A stretch of 64,000 nucleotides of DNA from Nitrosopumilus sp. (GCA_965218785.1 OZ244650.1:352001-416000); one strand, 5' to 3'. Shown: positions 20,130 to 28,816, counted from the stretch's first letter. The notes: a model not told the origin generated them from the letters alone. A program made the numbers and translations.

Positions 20130-21401
20130 ATGACATTGAAGGCTGATCTCAAAGATAAAATATGCGTAAATTCCACATATTCCAAGAATGAAGTCGCCGA
20201 GAGGCTGACCGATATGGGAAAAAATAAACTGTATACAAAAGACACTGTCAAACAAACAAAAAAATCACGACTTCTTGCAAATCCAGACATACGAAGATGG
20301 TACGACAACATGGCTCGTGGAAGTGTAAATACCGCAGAAGGCCGTCTTAGGAGACTGGGACGCTTTTGTGAGATGCACCAGATGACTCCAAACCAACTTG
20401 TGGAACTTGCTCAAAAAGACATCAGAACTGCAACGGATCTCCTAGAGGATCACATTACCATGATGGAAGAAAAAAACAATTCTCCAGGATACATAGAAGA
20501 GCAGATCAAGACTGTAAAATCATGGCTAAGACACTTTGACATCGAGATAAAACGCAAGCTGAGGGTGAGTTGGGCAAATCTAACACCAACCCTGCAGGAT
20601 GAGCGGGTCCCTGATGGAACCGAGATGGCAGAAATTTACAGCCGGGCAGGACTCAGAGAATCCGTAGTAATATCTCTGATGGCAAAATCAGGTCTGCGTC
20701 CGGAAGTAATTGGAAACCACAATGGTACGGACGGTCTAAAGATCAGTGATCTGCCGGACATTGTAATACATCAAGGTAAGGTAAAGTGTATCAGAATGCC
20801 AAACAGAATTGTCGTACGACGACAATTATCAAAGGCAAGGCATCAATACTTTACGTTTGGTACTCAATCTGCAACAAACCACCTCATAGCATATCTCAAC
20901 GACAGACTAGCGCATGGTGAACCACTTCACGGGGATTCTCCGGTAGTTGCACCTGACTATATCTACAAGACAAACCGTGGTAGAAACTCTACAAAAACAT
21001 TTTTACCTACGCCACAGATAAGCAGTCTTGTCCGACAGGTGTTCCGACCAAGATTCACATGGAGACCATACGTGTTGAGACCATACTTTGATACACAGCT
21101 GTTAATTGCCGAATCAAAGGGCAAGATAGCACACGACTTTCGAGTATTCTTCATGGGACACAAAGGAACCATGGAGGCACGATACACCACAAACAAGGGA
21201 ATTCTGCCTGAGGTCTTGGTGGCTGAGATGCGTGAGGCATTTCTCAGATCAGAAGAACACCTAGAGCAGACAGATATCGACCCTGTACTGGAACAACGAG
21301 TAGAAGCCCAGAGCATCATACAGACTGCGACCCCAGAGCAGCTTGACCGAGTGCTAGAGGTGCTTTGCAGCACCGGCAAAACAGGCCAAGCCAGGTCGTA
21401 G
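20130..21401 (+). CDS. Tyrosine recombinase/integrase
   Basis: KSGLRPE, YVLRPYF, MGHKG..EARY; ends about 100 bp from tRNA-Lys att. Confidence 0.92.
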   Translation: MTLKADLKDKICVNSTYSKNEVAERLTDMGKNKLYTKDTVKQTKKSRLLANPDIRRWYDNMARGSVNTAEGRLRRLGRFCEMHQMTPNQLVELAQKDIRTATDLLEDHITMMEEKNNSPGYIEEQIKTVKSWLRHFDIEIKRKLRVSWANLTPTLQDERVPDGTEMAEIYSRAGLRESVVISLMAKSGLRPEVIGNHNGTDGLKISDLPDIVIHQGKVKCIRMPNRIVVRRQLSKARHQYFTFGTQSATNHLIAYLNDRLAHGEPLHGDSPVVAPDYIYKTNRGRNSTKTFLPTPQISSLVRQVFRPRFTWRPYVLRPYFDTQLLIAESKGKIAHDFRVFFMGHKGTMEARYTTNKGILPEVLVAEMREAFLRSEEHLEQTDIDPVLEQRVEAQSIIQTATPEQLDRVLEVLCSTGKTGQARS

Positions 21402-21502
21402 TTGATGGTCTTCAGGCTGAAAAACTCATTGCTTCAGGATACAGATTCGTTGGAAATCTGCCAAATGGCAAGATCGTGCTCGAAAAGAACCCGAATTCAT
21501 AG
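21365..21502 (+). CDS. Out-of-frame integrase C-terminal-like module (45 aa)
   Basis: -1 frame reads QVVVDGLQAEKLIASGYRFVGNLPNGKIVLEK; TTG start preceded by GAGGTG. Confidence 0.4.
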   Translation: MQHRQNRPSQVVVDGLQAEKLIASGYRFVGNLPNGKIVLEKNPNS

Positions 21503-21508
21503 TGGTAA

Positions 21509-21582
21509 CGGGTCTAGAGGGATTCGGACCCTCGACAACCGGATTAAAAGTCCGGTGCGCTACCTGGCTGCGCCATAGACCC
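21509..21582 (-). tRNA. tRNA-Lys(UUU)
   Basis: Reverse complement GGGTCTATGGCGCAGCCAGGTAGCGCACCGGACTTTTAATCCGG..GGTCCGAATCCCTCTAGACCCG folds as a cloverleaf, anticodon TTT. Confidence 0.95.
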
Positions 21583-21677
21583 TCACGAAAATACTCTGCG
21601 CGTATAATTTAGTCTTTTACAAAATTTTTTGTCATGACCGAAACTTTTAATCTAGCACTTTGATTCAAAATATTAGT

Positions 21678-21752
21678 GCCCTTGTAGTATAGCCCGGTCT
21701 AGAATTCGGCCCTGTCACGGCTGAGACGCGTGTTCAAATCCCGCCGAGGGCG
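21678..21752 (+). tRNA. tRNA-Asp(GUC)
   Basis: GCCCTTG..CGGCC-CTGTCAC-GGCTG..TTCAAAT..CGAGGGCG cloverleaf, anticodon GTC. Confidence 0.95.
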
Positions 21753-21859
21753 CCTTGAACTTTTTTCCAAATCCCACAAATGGGCGTATTGCTCAAAAAA
21801 ATAAATCCCCAAAAAAAACCGGCTTAAATAGAGATCAGACTTTGTTGGTATCCCCCAAC

Positions 21860-22984
21860 ATGACTAGAAAAAATCCAGATGATATTCACAATTATGCAGG
21901 CAAGATACGCCGTATAAAAAAAAGACTAGCAGATATTCAACAGGGTGACGTATGTATTCAATTTCTTGACAAGCTAAAACTTGCAGGCAAAAAAGACGGC
22001 AGAATAGTTTACTATGCAGACAGACTTGGATATATCTTGAATTTGTTTAATGCAAAATTTACTTTGCCCGTACTCTTAAAAGATGCAACAAAGAACGACT
22101 GTGAATCAATACTGTCTGAAATAATATCAAACGAGTCATACAGGGGCGAGACAAAAAAGGCATATGCCATGGCACTATTGAGACTGGTTCACTATGCCAA
22201 GACCGGGGAGATTGGAGATAGAGACGAGAATCCATATGTGCCGGAGGTATCCTGGATAAAGCCATCTCGGTATATTGACAGAAGGGAGGAGACGGTACGG
22301 TCTGAGGATCTTCTTACATCCGATGAGATAGTCGGTCTTTTGGGACAGATATCAAACAGACATGACAGGGCAATGTTCTGGGTTTTGTTTGAAGGTGCAT
22401 TTCGAATTGGTGAACTCTTAAACATCAGGATTGGCGGAATAGATTTTCAGGACAACCATGTCTTTGTAACCACGCATGGAAAGACTGGAACAAAGCGAGT
22501 TACACTGGTAATATCCTTTCGTCCGCTACTTGACTGGATAAACGAGCATCCGAGGAGAAATGATCCAAACGCATTTCTGTGGACTCGATCCGGCAAGGGA
22601 GACAAAGTATCATATCATTATGTACGTACACATCTAAAGCAGTATGCCGCAGATGCGGGAATTGTAAAGAGGGTCTGGCTGTATCTGCTCCGTCACACAC
22701 AGTTGACACTTCTTGCCAAAAAACTCTCAGATCATACCCTTAGTGCATATGGCAATTGGAGCCCAAGCTCAAACATGGCAAAAAAGTATGTCCATTTATC
22801 TGGCAAAGATGTTGATAATGCCATCCTGGAGATGCACGGAATCAAGGGCAAGATACCAGAGTCTGATGTCATAACCCTTCGATCATGCACACGCTGTCAT
22901 GCGCAGAATACTCCTGACTGCCGGAGGTGCGTTGATTGTGGGTATGTTTCCAGCAGGCAAATACAAGGATCCATGAGTGTCTGA
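21860..22984 (+). CDS. Tyrosine recombinase/integrase with C-terminal zinc ribbon
   Basis: EGAFRIGE, GKTG, YLLRH, GNWS..KKY; CTRC..CVDC; start at MTRKN behind CTTAAATA box. Confidence 0.92.
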   Translation: MTRKNPDDIHNYAGKIRRIKKRLADIQQGDVCIQFLDKLKLAGKKDGRIVYYADRLGYILNLFNAKFTLPVLLKDATKNDCESILSEIISNESYRGETKKAYAMALLRLVHYAKTGEIGDRDENPYVPEVSWIKPSRYIDRREETVRSEDLLTSDEIVGLLGQISNRHDRAMFWVLFEGAFRIGELLNIRIGGIDFQDNHVFVTTHGKTGTKRVTLVISFRPLLDWINEHPRRNDPNAFLWTRSGKGDKVSYHYVRTHLKQYAADAGIVKRVWLYLLRHTQLTLLAKKLSDHTLSAYGNWSPSSNMAKKYVHLSGKDVDNAILEMHGIKGKIPESDVITLRSCTRCHAQNTPDCRRCVDCGYVSSRQIQGSMSV

Positions 22985-23083
22985 TTTGTATGCAATCTTT
23001 CTGATCCATCTGGTCTGAAATTGTGTGATGGAAAGGGCATGTTCGTACCAGATTCATAGGAAGATGACTCTGGATATTGTTAT

Positions 23084-23326
23084 TAGATTCAAAATCAGTG
23101 TAAAACCATTTTTTTGATACTAGATTCAAAATCAGGTGCAAAACCCTGTTTTCTGATACTAGATTCAAAATCAGTGCAAAACCCCATTTTCTGATACTAG
23201 TAGATTCAAAATCGATGCAAAACCCTGTTTTCTGATACTAGATTCAAAATCGATGCAAAACCCTGTTTTCTGATACTAGATTCAAAATCAGGTGCAAAAC
23301 CCTGTTTTCTGATACTAGATTCAAAA
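23084..23326. repeat. Tandem array of six 37-41-bp imperfectly palindromic units
   Basis: Consensus TAGATTCAAAATCAGGTGCAAAACCCTGTTTTCTGATAC; starts at 23084, 23121, 23160, 23201, 23239, 23277 plus partial at 23316. Confidence 0.95.
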
Positions 23327-23365
23327 AAAAAGAAAAAATTGGGTAGTAGGGGGGAGATGTTGTTG

Positions 23366-24190
23366 TCATCCTGCCAGTTTGTAAAGACCTGCAGCATTGC
23401 TCATCACCGGATCATCTGGCACCATAATCTTGAATCCCTTGAGCTTCGCTGTCAGCTCCTCGCGTACCCTGGGAATCAGGATGCCGCCGCCAGATACTAT
23501 GATGCTCTTAGTATACCCGTGTGCCTCTGCCATGTCTGATACCTCCAAGGCCAGATTCTCCGATAACGCCTTTGCATATCTGGAACATATGTCCCTGTGC
23601 TGTAACAGTGTCTTTGTGTCAAGATGTGCAAACCTGCCTATCTTGCGCGTGATGAACTCTGATGCCCACTCTAGGCTCTGTCCGTCAAGAATCTTGTTAT
23701 CCTCGATCATCACAATCTCGGATGTTCCCTGACCTATTGATACGACCATGCCTGTACTCTTGTTCATATCAACTAGTGTCCCGGCAGCTTGTGCCACCAC
23801 GTCACAGCTTTGTACTTTGGGTACCTTGCAGATGAGCTTGGTCATGGTGTTTTTGTAGCTGGCAGCCTCGTATGGCAGACCCACTATCACCCTGGCTTTT
23901 TCCATATCTGGCGTGTGGGCGGTTTGGTACACCCTGTCTATGGATTCCCGTACCAGCATATCTACCTGTTTTTGGTATCTCTTTTGCGGTCTTCCCCGGC
24001 ATATGGGACTGATTGCCGTAGTCCCGGCGGTTTTTAGCATCTGTGTGGCCTTGTCTCCTATTGCCTCTGATACGCTCTTGGTCCACTGCCCGTTGATTCG
24101 CCTTGCATAAAGCGATGGGAACTTGAACCTGCAGTAATCAGAGACACACTTTACAAAGCCCGTTCCGATGTCCAGTCCTATCTTTATCAT
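23366..24190 (-). CDS. ParM/StbA-like actin-family ATPase
   Basis: Phosphate-1 IGLDIGTGFVK, VGLP, VAQAAG, phosphate-2 VSIGQGTSE, adenosine IVSGGG, PVMSNAAG; start at MIKIG. Confidence 0.88.
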   Translation of the reverse strand: MIKIGLDIGTGFVKCVSDYCRFKFPSLYARRINGQWTKSVSEAIGDKATQMLKTAGTTAISPICRGRPQKRYQKQVDMLVRESIDRVYQTAHTPDMEKARVIVGLPYEAASYKNTMTKLICKVPKVQSCDVVAQAAGTLVDMNKSTGMVVSIGQGTSEIVMIEDNKILDGQSLEWASEFITRKIGRFAHLDTKTLLQHRDICSRYAKALSENLALEVSDMAEAHGYTKSIIVSGGGILIPRVREELTAKLKGFKIMVPDDPVMSNAAGLYKLAG

Positions 24191-24204
24191 ACCATAACTA
24201 GCTG

Positions 24205-24218
24205 GGATACATTTAAGG
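24205..24218 (-). promoter_or_regulatory. TATA-containing promoter CCTTAAATGTATCC of actin gene
   Basis: 14 nt upstream of ATG; identical copy at 25778-25791. Confidence 0.7.
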
Positions 24219-24364
24219 GCAAAAATCATGCGTGGAACGGCAGGCACAATTTTGTTGGTTGGGGAATCTTTGCTGCATCAGTAAATGATTCTGATACCCA
24301 TCGTCTTTGTCTGTGTCGTATTTGATTTGTCCGGAACTGTGCCTGCCCTTGATGGCAGTACGTG

Positions 24365-24436
24365 CGTGTGCGTGTGCGTGTGCGTGTGCGTGTGCGTGTG
24401 CGTGTGCGTGTGCGTGTGCGTGTGCGTGTGCGTGTG
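24365..24436. repeat. (CGTGTG)12 microsatellite within alternating purine-pyrimidine tract 24358-24441
   Basis: Direct reading of sequence. Confidence 0.97.
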
Positions 24437-24508
24437 TGCATTCATCAAAAAACCCCCTTACAAAGAATGATTTCAAGACTACTGTAACAGGTTAGGTCAA
24501 ACACAGAT

Positions 24509-25459
24509 TTGTCGTCTGTAGGCATAGAGGTAAGCTTACAGATTACTAATCAAAAATTATTTATTAGCCATGCCGTACACTACAACACTTTGACAAAGAT
24601 CGATTATACCAATACCTCTATACACGCATCCACCAGATCACTGCTTGATAAGATCATCCCGATAATAAAGGACTATGAGGAGAGGGGATACCGCATGACT
24701 GTCAGACAGCTGTACTACCAGCTCGTATCTAGAAACATTGTAACAAACGAGATCTCATCCTATCAGAAGACAAGCAAGGTCCTTACCACGGGCCGCATGC
24801 ACGGCCTGATTGACTGGAATATGATAGTGGACAGGATCCGCGTCCCAATAATGCCAAGCCAGTTTTATACACTGGGCTTGTTTATACATGCCGTAAAAAG
24901 ATCATACCGCAGACACAGATGGGATGACCAGGAAAACTATGTCGAGGTGATGGTTGAAAAGGAGGCACTTGTAGGAATACTAGGGCCGATAACAGACAAG
25001 TACCACGTATCATTACTAGTCAACAAGGGTTATGCGTCAGCTAGTGCCATGCATGATGTCGCAATAAGAATGCAGCAGCATAGCGATGAAAAGCGCTGTT
25101 ACATACTATACATGGGGGATCATGATCCAAGCGGCATCGACATGGTGCGTGACATCAGGGACAGGCTGGAAACGTTCGGGCAAAAACCCACCATACAGCG
25201 CATTGCCCTCACAGAGGAGCAGATAAAGCAGTATGACCCCCCGCCAAACCCCGCAAAGAAATCGGATCCTAGATCAAAGGGATACTATGAGAAATATGGT
25301 GATAGTTCTTGGGAACTTGATGCACTTGACCCGCAGGTACTGGCATCCATTCTGGAGGATAACATAAAAAAATATCTTGATGAAGAAAAATACAATGCCG
25401 TCATTCAAAAAGAAGACCAAGAAAAAGACGCGCTTGAAAAACTAACCGATGAACTCTAG
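24509..25459 (+). CDS. Topo VI-A/Spo11-like (Mini-A type) wHTH-Toprim protein
   Basis: TVRQLYY (catalytic-Tyr-type motif), VEKEA, KGY, GDHDPSG, WELDAL; true start may be TTG 24590. Confidence 0.75.
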   Translation: MSSVGIEVSLQITNQKLFISHAVHYNTLTKIDYTNTSIHASTRSLLDKIIPIIKDYEERGYRMTVRQLYYQLVSRNIVTNEISSYQKTSKVLTTGRMHGLIDWNMIVDRIRVPIMPSQFYTLGLFIHAVKRSYRRHRWDDQENYVEVMVEKEALVGILGPITDKYHVSLLVNKGYASASAMHDVAIRMQQHSDEKRCYILYMGDHDPSGIDMVRDIRDRLETFGQKPTIQRIALTEEQIKQYDPPPNPAKKSDPRSKGYYEKYGDSSWELDALDPQVLASILEDNIKKYLDEEKYNAVIQKEDQEKDALEKLTDEL

Positions 25460-25478
25460 ATACGCAGATTTTGGCAGG

Positions 25479-25763
25479 TTACATGCGCAGTCCCTCAAAT
25501 TTTGAAGTGTCTGTCTCCTGTCGTCTGTCTGCGGCATCATACACACGGCCCTGCTCATCTGCACTGTCTGCTGATTCATGATTTGTGGCATCCCCCGCCG
25601 GATTCAGGCGTATGGGATTGACAGTTAGACAGTTATTAGATATAACAAACTCCACATACTGATCCCTTTTGATTCCAAGTGTGCGGACTATCTGTCTTGG
25701 TATTGTGACAGTGTAAGAGCCCTGGCGGAACTGGATTTTTCTGATGATTCTAGATGATTCCAT
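25479..25763 (-). CDS. AbrB/MazE/SpoVT-fold DNA-binding protein with acidic tail
   Basis: IRKIQFRQGSYTVTIPRQIVRTLGIKRDQYVEF signature; start at MESSR. Confidence 0.85.
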   Translation of the reverse strand: MESSRIIRKIQFRQGSYTVTIPRQIVRTLGIKRDQYVEFVISNNCLTVNPIRLNPAGDATNHESADSADEQGRVYDAADRRQETDTSKFEGLRM

Positions 25764-25777
25764 GTGATGTAATCCCC

Positions 25778-25791
25778 GGATACATTTAAGG
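25778..25791 (-). promoter_or_regulatory. TATA-containing promoter CCTTAAATGTATCC of AbrB-like gene; (GTGCATTTT)x3 repeats upstream at 25791-25817
   Basis: Identical to 24205-24218, also 14 nt before ATG. Confidence 0.7.
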
Positions 25792-26197
25792 TGCATTTTG
25801 TGCATTTTGTGCATATTATACCTGAATTTTGGTGGTTCAAAACTTGCAGTTACTCTACAAAACGAGATCAACGAACTATTCAATTGTGTAAAAAACAGAC
25901 ATGGGAAGATTTCATCTCCCACTCCCACTTTATTTCAAGTTCATCTGGGGCGGGCCGGCCGGAACTGTACTGGGATAAAATCAGGGGAGAAACGATAGGA
26001 TGTTGACCCGTCATTCAGAAACAATCAATCACTTAGATGAAAATATTTTGGTCTCCAAGCCCTACCAGTTGGAGTTAATTCGGTGTACGACTCTGGAGAA
26101 AATTTTGAACAAGCCACTCTATTTTGGACTTTCAGACCACGGGGAATATCCGGCGGCTCACGTCCTGGCGGCTCTCCACTTCTGGGCTCTCCACTTT

Positions 26198-26337
26198 GAG
26201 GCTCTCAACTCTCCGGGCTCTCAACTTTGGGGTCTTCTTTTGAGGCTCTCAACTCTCCGGGCTCTCAACTTTGGGGTCTTCTTTTGAGGCTCTCAACTCT
26301 CCGGGCTCTCAACTTTGGGGTCTTCTTTTGAGGCTCT
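26198..26337. repeat. 44-bp tandem repeat x3
   Basis: gaggctctcaactctccgggctctcaactttggggtcttctttt at 26198, 26242, 26286, partial at 26330. Confidence 0.95.
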
Positions 26338-26419
26338 ACACCTCTGGGCTCTTCACTTTCCGGGCTCTATTCTTCGAAGGCTCGCGTCTCATGTGGGGTT
26401 CATATCATATCCAAGACTC

Positions 26420-26670
26420 ACGGCTCATACCACGACTCATACCACGGCTCATGTCATATCTCATACCATAACGGCTCATACCACGGCTCATACCACGGCT
26501 CATACCATAACGGCTCATACCATAACGGCTCATACCATGACGGCTCATATCATAAATCATACCATAACGGCTCATACCATAACGGCTCATACCATAACGG
26601 CTCATATCATAAATCATACCATAACGGCTCATACCATAACGGCTCATCTCACGGCTCACACCACGGCTCA
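26420..26670. repeat. 12/15-bp tandem repeat array, core ACGGCTCA (about 15 copies)
   Basis: acggctcatacc(ata) units read directly. Confidence 0.93.
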
Positions 26671-27103
26671 AGCCTCCTGTTCCTAGAGTTCGTGTCAAGA
26701 CTCCATACACTGGGGCTCTACCTCCAGCACCAGGACTTCACCTCCAGTACCAGAGCTTCACTACAAAGGCTCCACCTTCATCAACAAGGTTCTACATCAG
26801 GACTCTACCTCCACCAATGGGACTCTACATCAAGACTCCACCTCCACAAGGCTCCTGTATTCAGGACTCGGCGGCTCACGTCTCCCGGACTACGCTTTCG
26901 GGCTCTCAACTTTGACCAGATAACAAGAATTACACACGGCTGCTCTTTGATATGCAGAAGTTTGGTTTTGATTTTGGATGTTATTTGTTGGAATCTTAAT
27001 CTTTCAATCAGGATTTAATCTCTGATGCGCGTTTTGGCCAAACACCGGCGTATCCTGAACTATTGATAGCACGTGTTAAATAATATATGATTTTTCTCAT
27101 ATT

Positions 27104-28504
27104 GTGAACAAGGCAGTAATTGGGGTGATTACACTCTTTGTACTTGGTATCATGGCAGCATCCTCGGCATCAGCTGAGAACACCCAAGACAAACAGTGTA
27201 GGGACATCCACGTACTAGTTGAGAGATCAAACGGCAGTCTTGCCTGTATGACTGAAAAAACAGCAGAGAGGGCAGCAGACAGGTTTGGCTGGAAGATAAT
27301 AACTGTGAATCCAGCAGACAAAACGGTGTCAGACCCTGAAAATCCAAAGTTGCAGGACGACGGGCGGGATGAGGTGGACGGTACTGAATCATCATCAGAC
27401 CAGGCTGCAAATTCCGAACAGAACGCCCGCCCCAAGACCCAAAGTAACAGTGGCACCTTTTGCAACAACGGCGTTTGTAAAGAAATCCCCTACGGGGAGA
27501 CAATCGAGTTTGAGCAGACAGGACACGTCCAAAAAACTGTGGATGGCAAGTTGGTCATAGAAGAGGAAAAGATTCCCACAACCGTCACCATTGGTACGTA
27601 TCCCGAGAAAATACTCAAGGACTGTACTCCCACGGATGGCATCATGCAGTGGGGTGATCTATACAACGGTTCAAAAATTTTAGAGCCGCTGCAAAGGGAG
27701 ATTGATTCAGGCAAGACGCGGCTGTGTGTGTCAATATTTTTCAGTGCCGGTACTATAGATCAGGTTCACGGCTTTCTAGCTGATGAACTTGGTGTAGACG
27801 TAGAAGGAAGTAGAAATGACAGGGGGCGGCACATCATCTACGATTCTGATAATGCGCTTTATGCTGTAATTCCAGTATCGTTAATCGGTGATGTTGCAGA
27901 CAGGGATGATGTCGTAAACATTGACGTGTATGGAAAGAATACGTCGACACCATATCACATAGAACGTGGTCATAGTTCCAAAATAAGTCCGTTACTGCAA
28001 AAGGAGGTTGAACACAAGCAAAAAAACTGTACGTATGAAGAAGACTTTCCCGATACATGTCCGCCCTTACGACAGAATTCAGACGGAGAGTATCTTGTTC
28101 ATGTTGCGATTAGAACTGAGCATATTACCCGGCAGGATGTTAAACTGGATTTCATAAATACAAATGGTATGAGCGCATATTACAATCAAAATTCACGCAA
28201 AGCCGCGAATGATGCAATAAATGCTGAAACTGCCAAACAAAACAAGGTATTGGCACAGCCAGTATTTGATTTCCTTAAAGAGAATAATATGATTAAATCC
28301 TGGTATGTTCCAAAAGAAGACCACTCTGCTACTGATAGGTCCTCAGGTACAAACGGAAGGATGTTATATTATTCAAATATTAATCTTATTTACATCATCA
28401 TACCAATAGATCTTCTTCCACATCTGGTTGAATTAGATTCGGTCTGGTTTGTTGATACCACAAATTACGTTTCACGGGTTAATGATTTTCAATGGAGACA
28501 GTAG
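27104..28504 (+). CDS. Secreted protein with thaumarchaeal Cys-motif domain and two subtilase-prodomain-like repeats
   Basis: Signal peptide; C..HVLVERSNGSLAC..TAE..GW motif; two SKI.PL(L)Q..V.I..FL..IP..L...D.V..(I/V)D repeats. Confidence 0.7.
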   Translation: MNKAVIGVITLFVLGIMAASSASAENTQDKQCRDIHVLVERSNGSLACMTEKTAERAADRFGWKIITVNPADKTVSDPENPKLQDDGRDEVDGTESSSDQAANSEQNARPKTQSNSGTFCNNGVCKEIPYGETIEFEQTGHVQKTVDGKLVIEEEKIPTTVTIGTYPEKILKDCTPTDGIMQWGDLYNGSKILEPLQREIDSGKTRLCVSIFFSAGTIDQVHGFLADELGVDVEGSRNDRGRHIIYDSDNALYAVIPVSLIGDVADRDDVVNIDVYGKNTSTPYHIERGHSSKISPLLQKEVEHKQKNCTYEEDFPDTCPPLRQNSDGEYLVHVAIRTEHITRQDVKLDFINTNGMSAYYNQNSRKAANDAINAETAKQNKVLAQPVFDFLKENNMIKSWYVPKEDHSATDRSSGTNGRMLYYSNINLIYIIIPIDLLPHLVELDSVWFVDTTNYVSRVNDFQWRQ

Positions 28505-28636
28505 AAGAGGAAAATTTGTGTTGTTATTCCGAATTATCTTATTAGATTCATGATGTAACTAAAGCTACACCTGCTCCCTGAATCCCATACTATCAAAATA
28601 CACCATCCTTAAATAGAGATCAGATCGCCAAATGTT

Positions 28637-28816
28637 GTGAATCTTTTTGTCTGCATTATTGCCGTATTTTTTATATTTGGTACGATCTTTGTGAATTATT
28701 CTTTTGCCCAGTCATCTAACAGTACCGAGACTGTAATGCAGGATATCTTGGTCCACAAGATGGTAAATGGCACCTTTGTCATAGAGCGCGAACAGATAGA
28801 GGCTACAATACCATAA
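28637..28816 (+). pseudogene. Truncated secreted-protein fragment paralogous to 27104
   Basis: Signal peptide then VHKMVNGTFVIEREQIEATI, similar to VQKTVDGKLVIEEEKIPTTV in 27104 protein. Confidence 0.5.

Larger units (their letters stand above)
11700..21520. mobile_element. Integrative element (about 9.8 kb) inserted at tRNA-Lys(UUU) 3' end, defence cargo
   Basis: Flanking 14-bp direct repeats, tRNA-adjacent integrase 20130-21401, AT-rich cargo, type III R-M. Confidence 0.85.

Noticed and set aside
21728-21752. tRNA-Asp T-stem mismatch as evidence of 3'-end replacement by the element
   Set aside because: All three att copies carry the same CCCGC, so there is no sign of a different ancestral 3' half
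23084-23326. CRISPR array
   Set aside because: Units are contiguous near-identical repeats with no unique spacers, and there are no cas genes in the window
24213-24495. His-Ala, Arg-Thr, Cys-Val and Ala-Cys repeat proteins
   Set aside because: All are translations of the hexamer microsatellite in different frames
26000-27018. ORFs such as (MSRYG)n and (TAHTI)n as real proteins
   Set aside because: Low-complexity translations of DNA repeats, open in several frames, with no recognisable domain; not fully excluded
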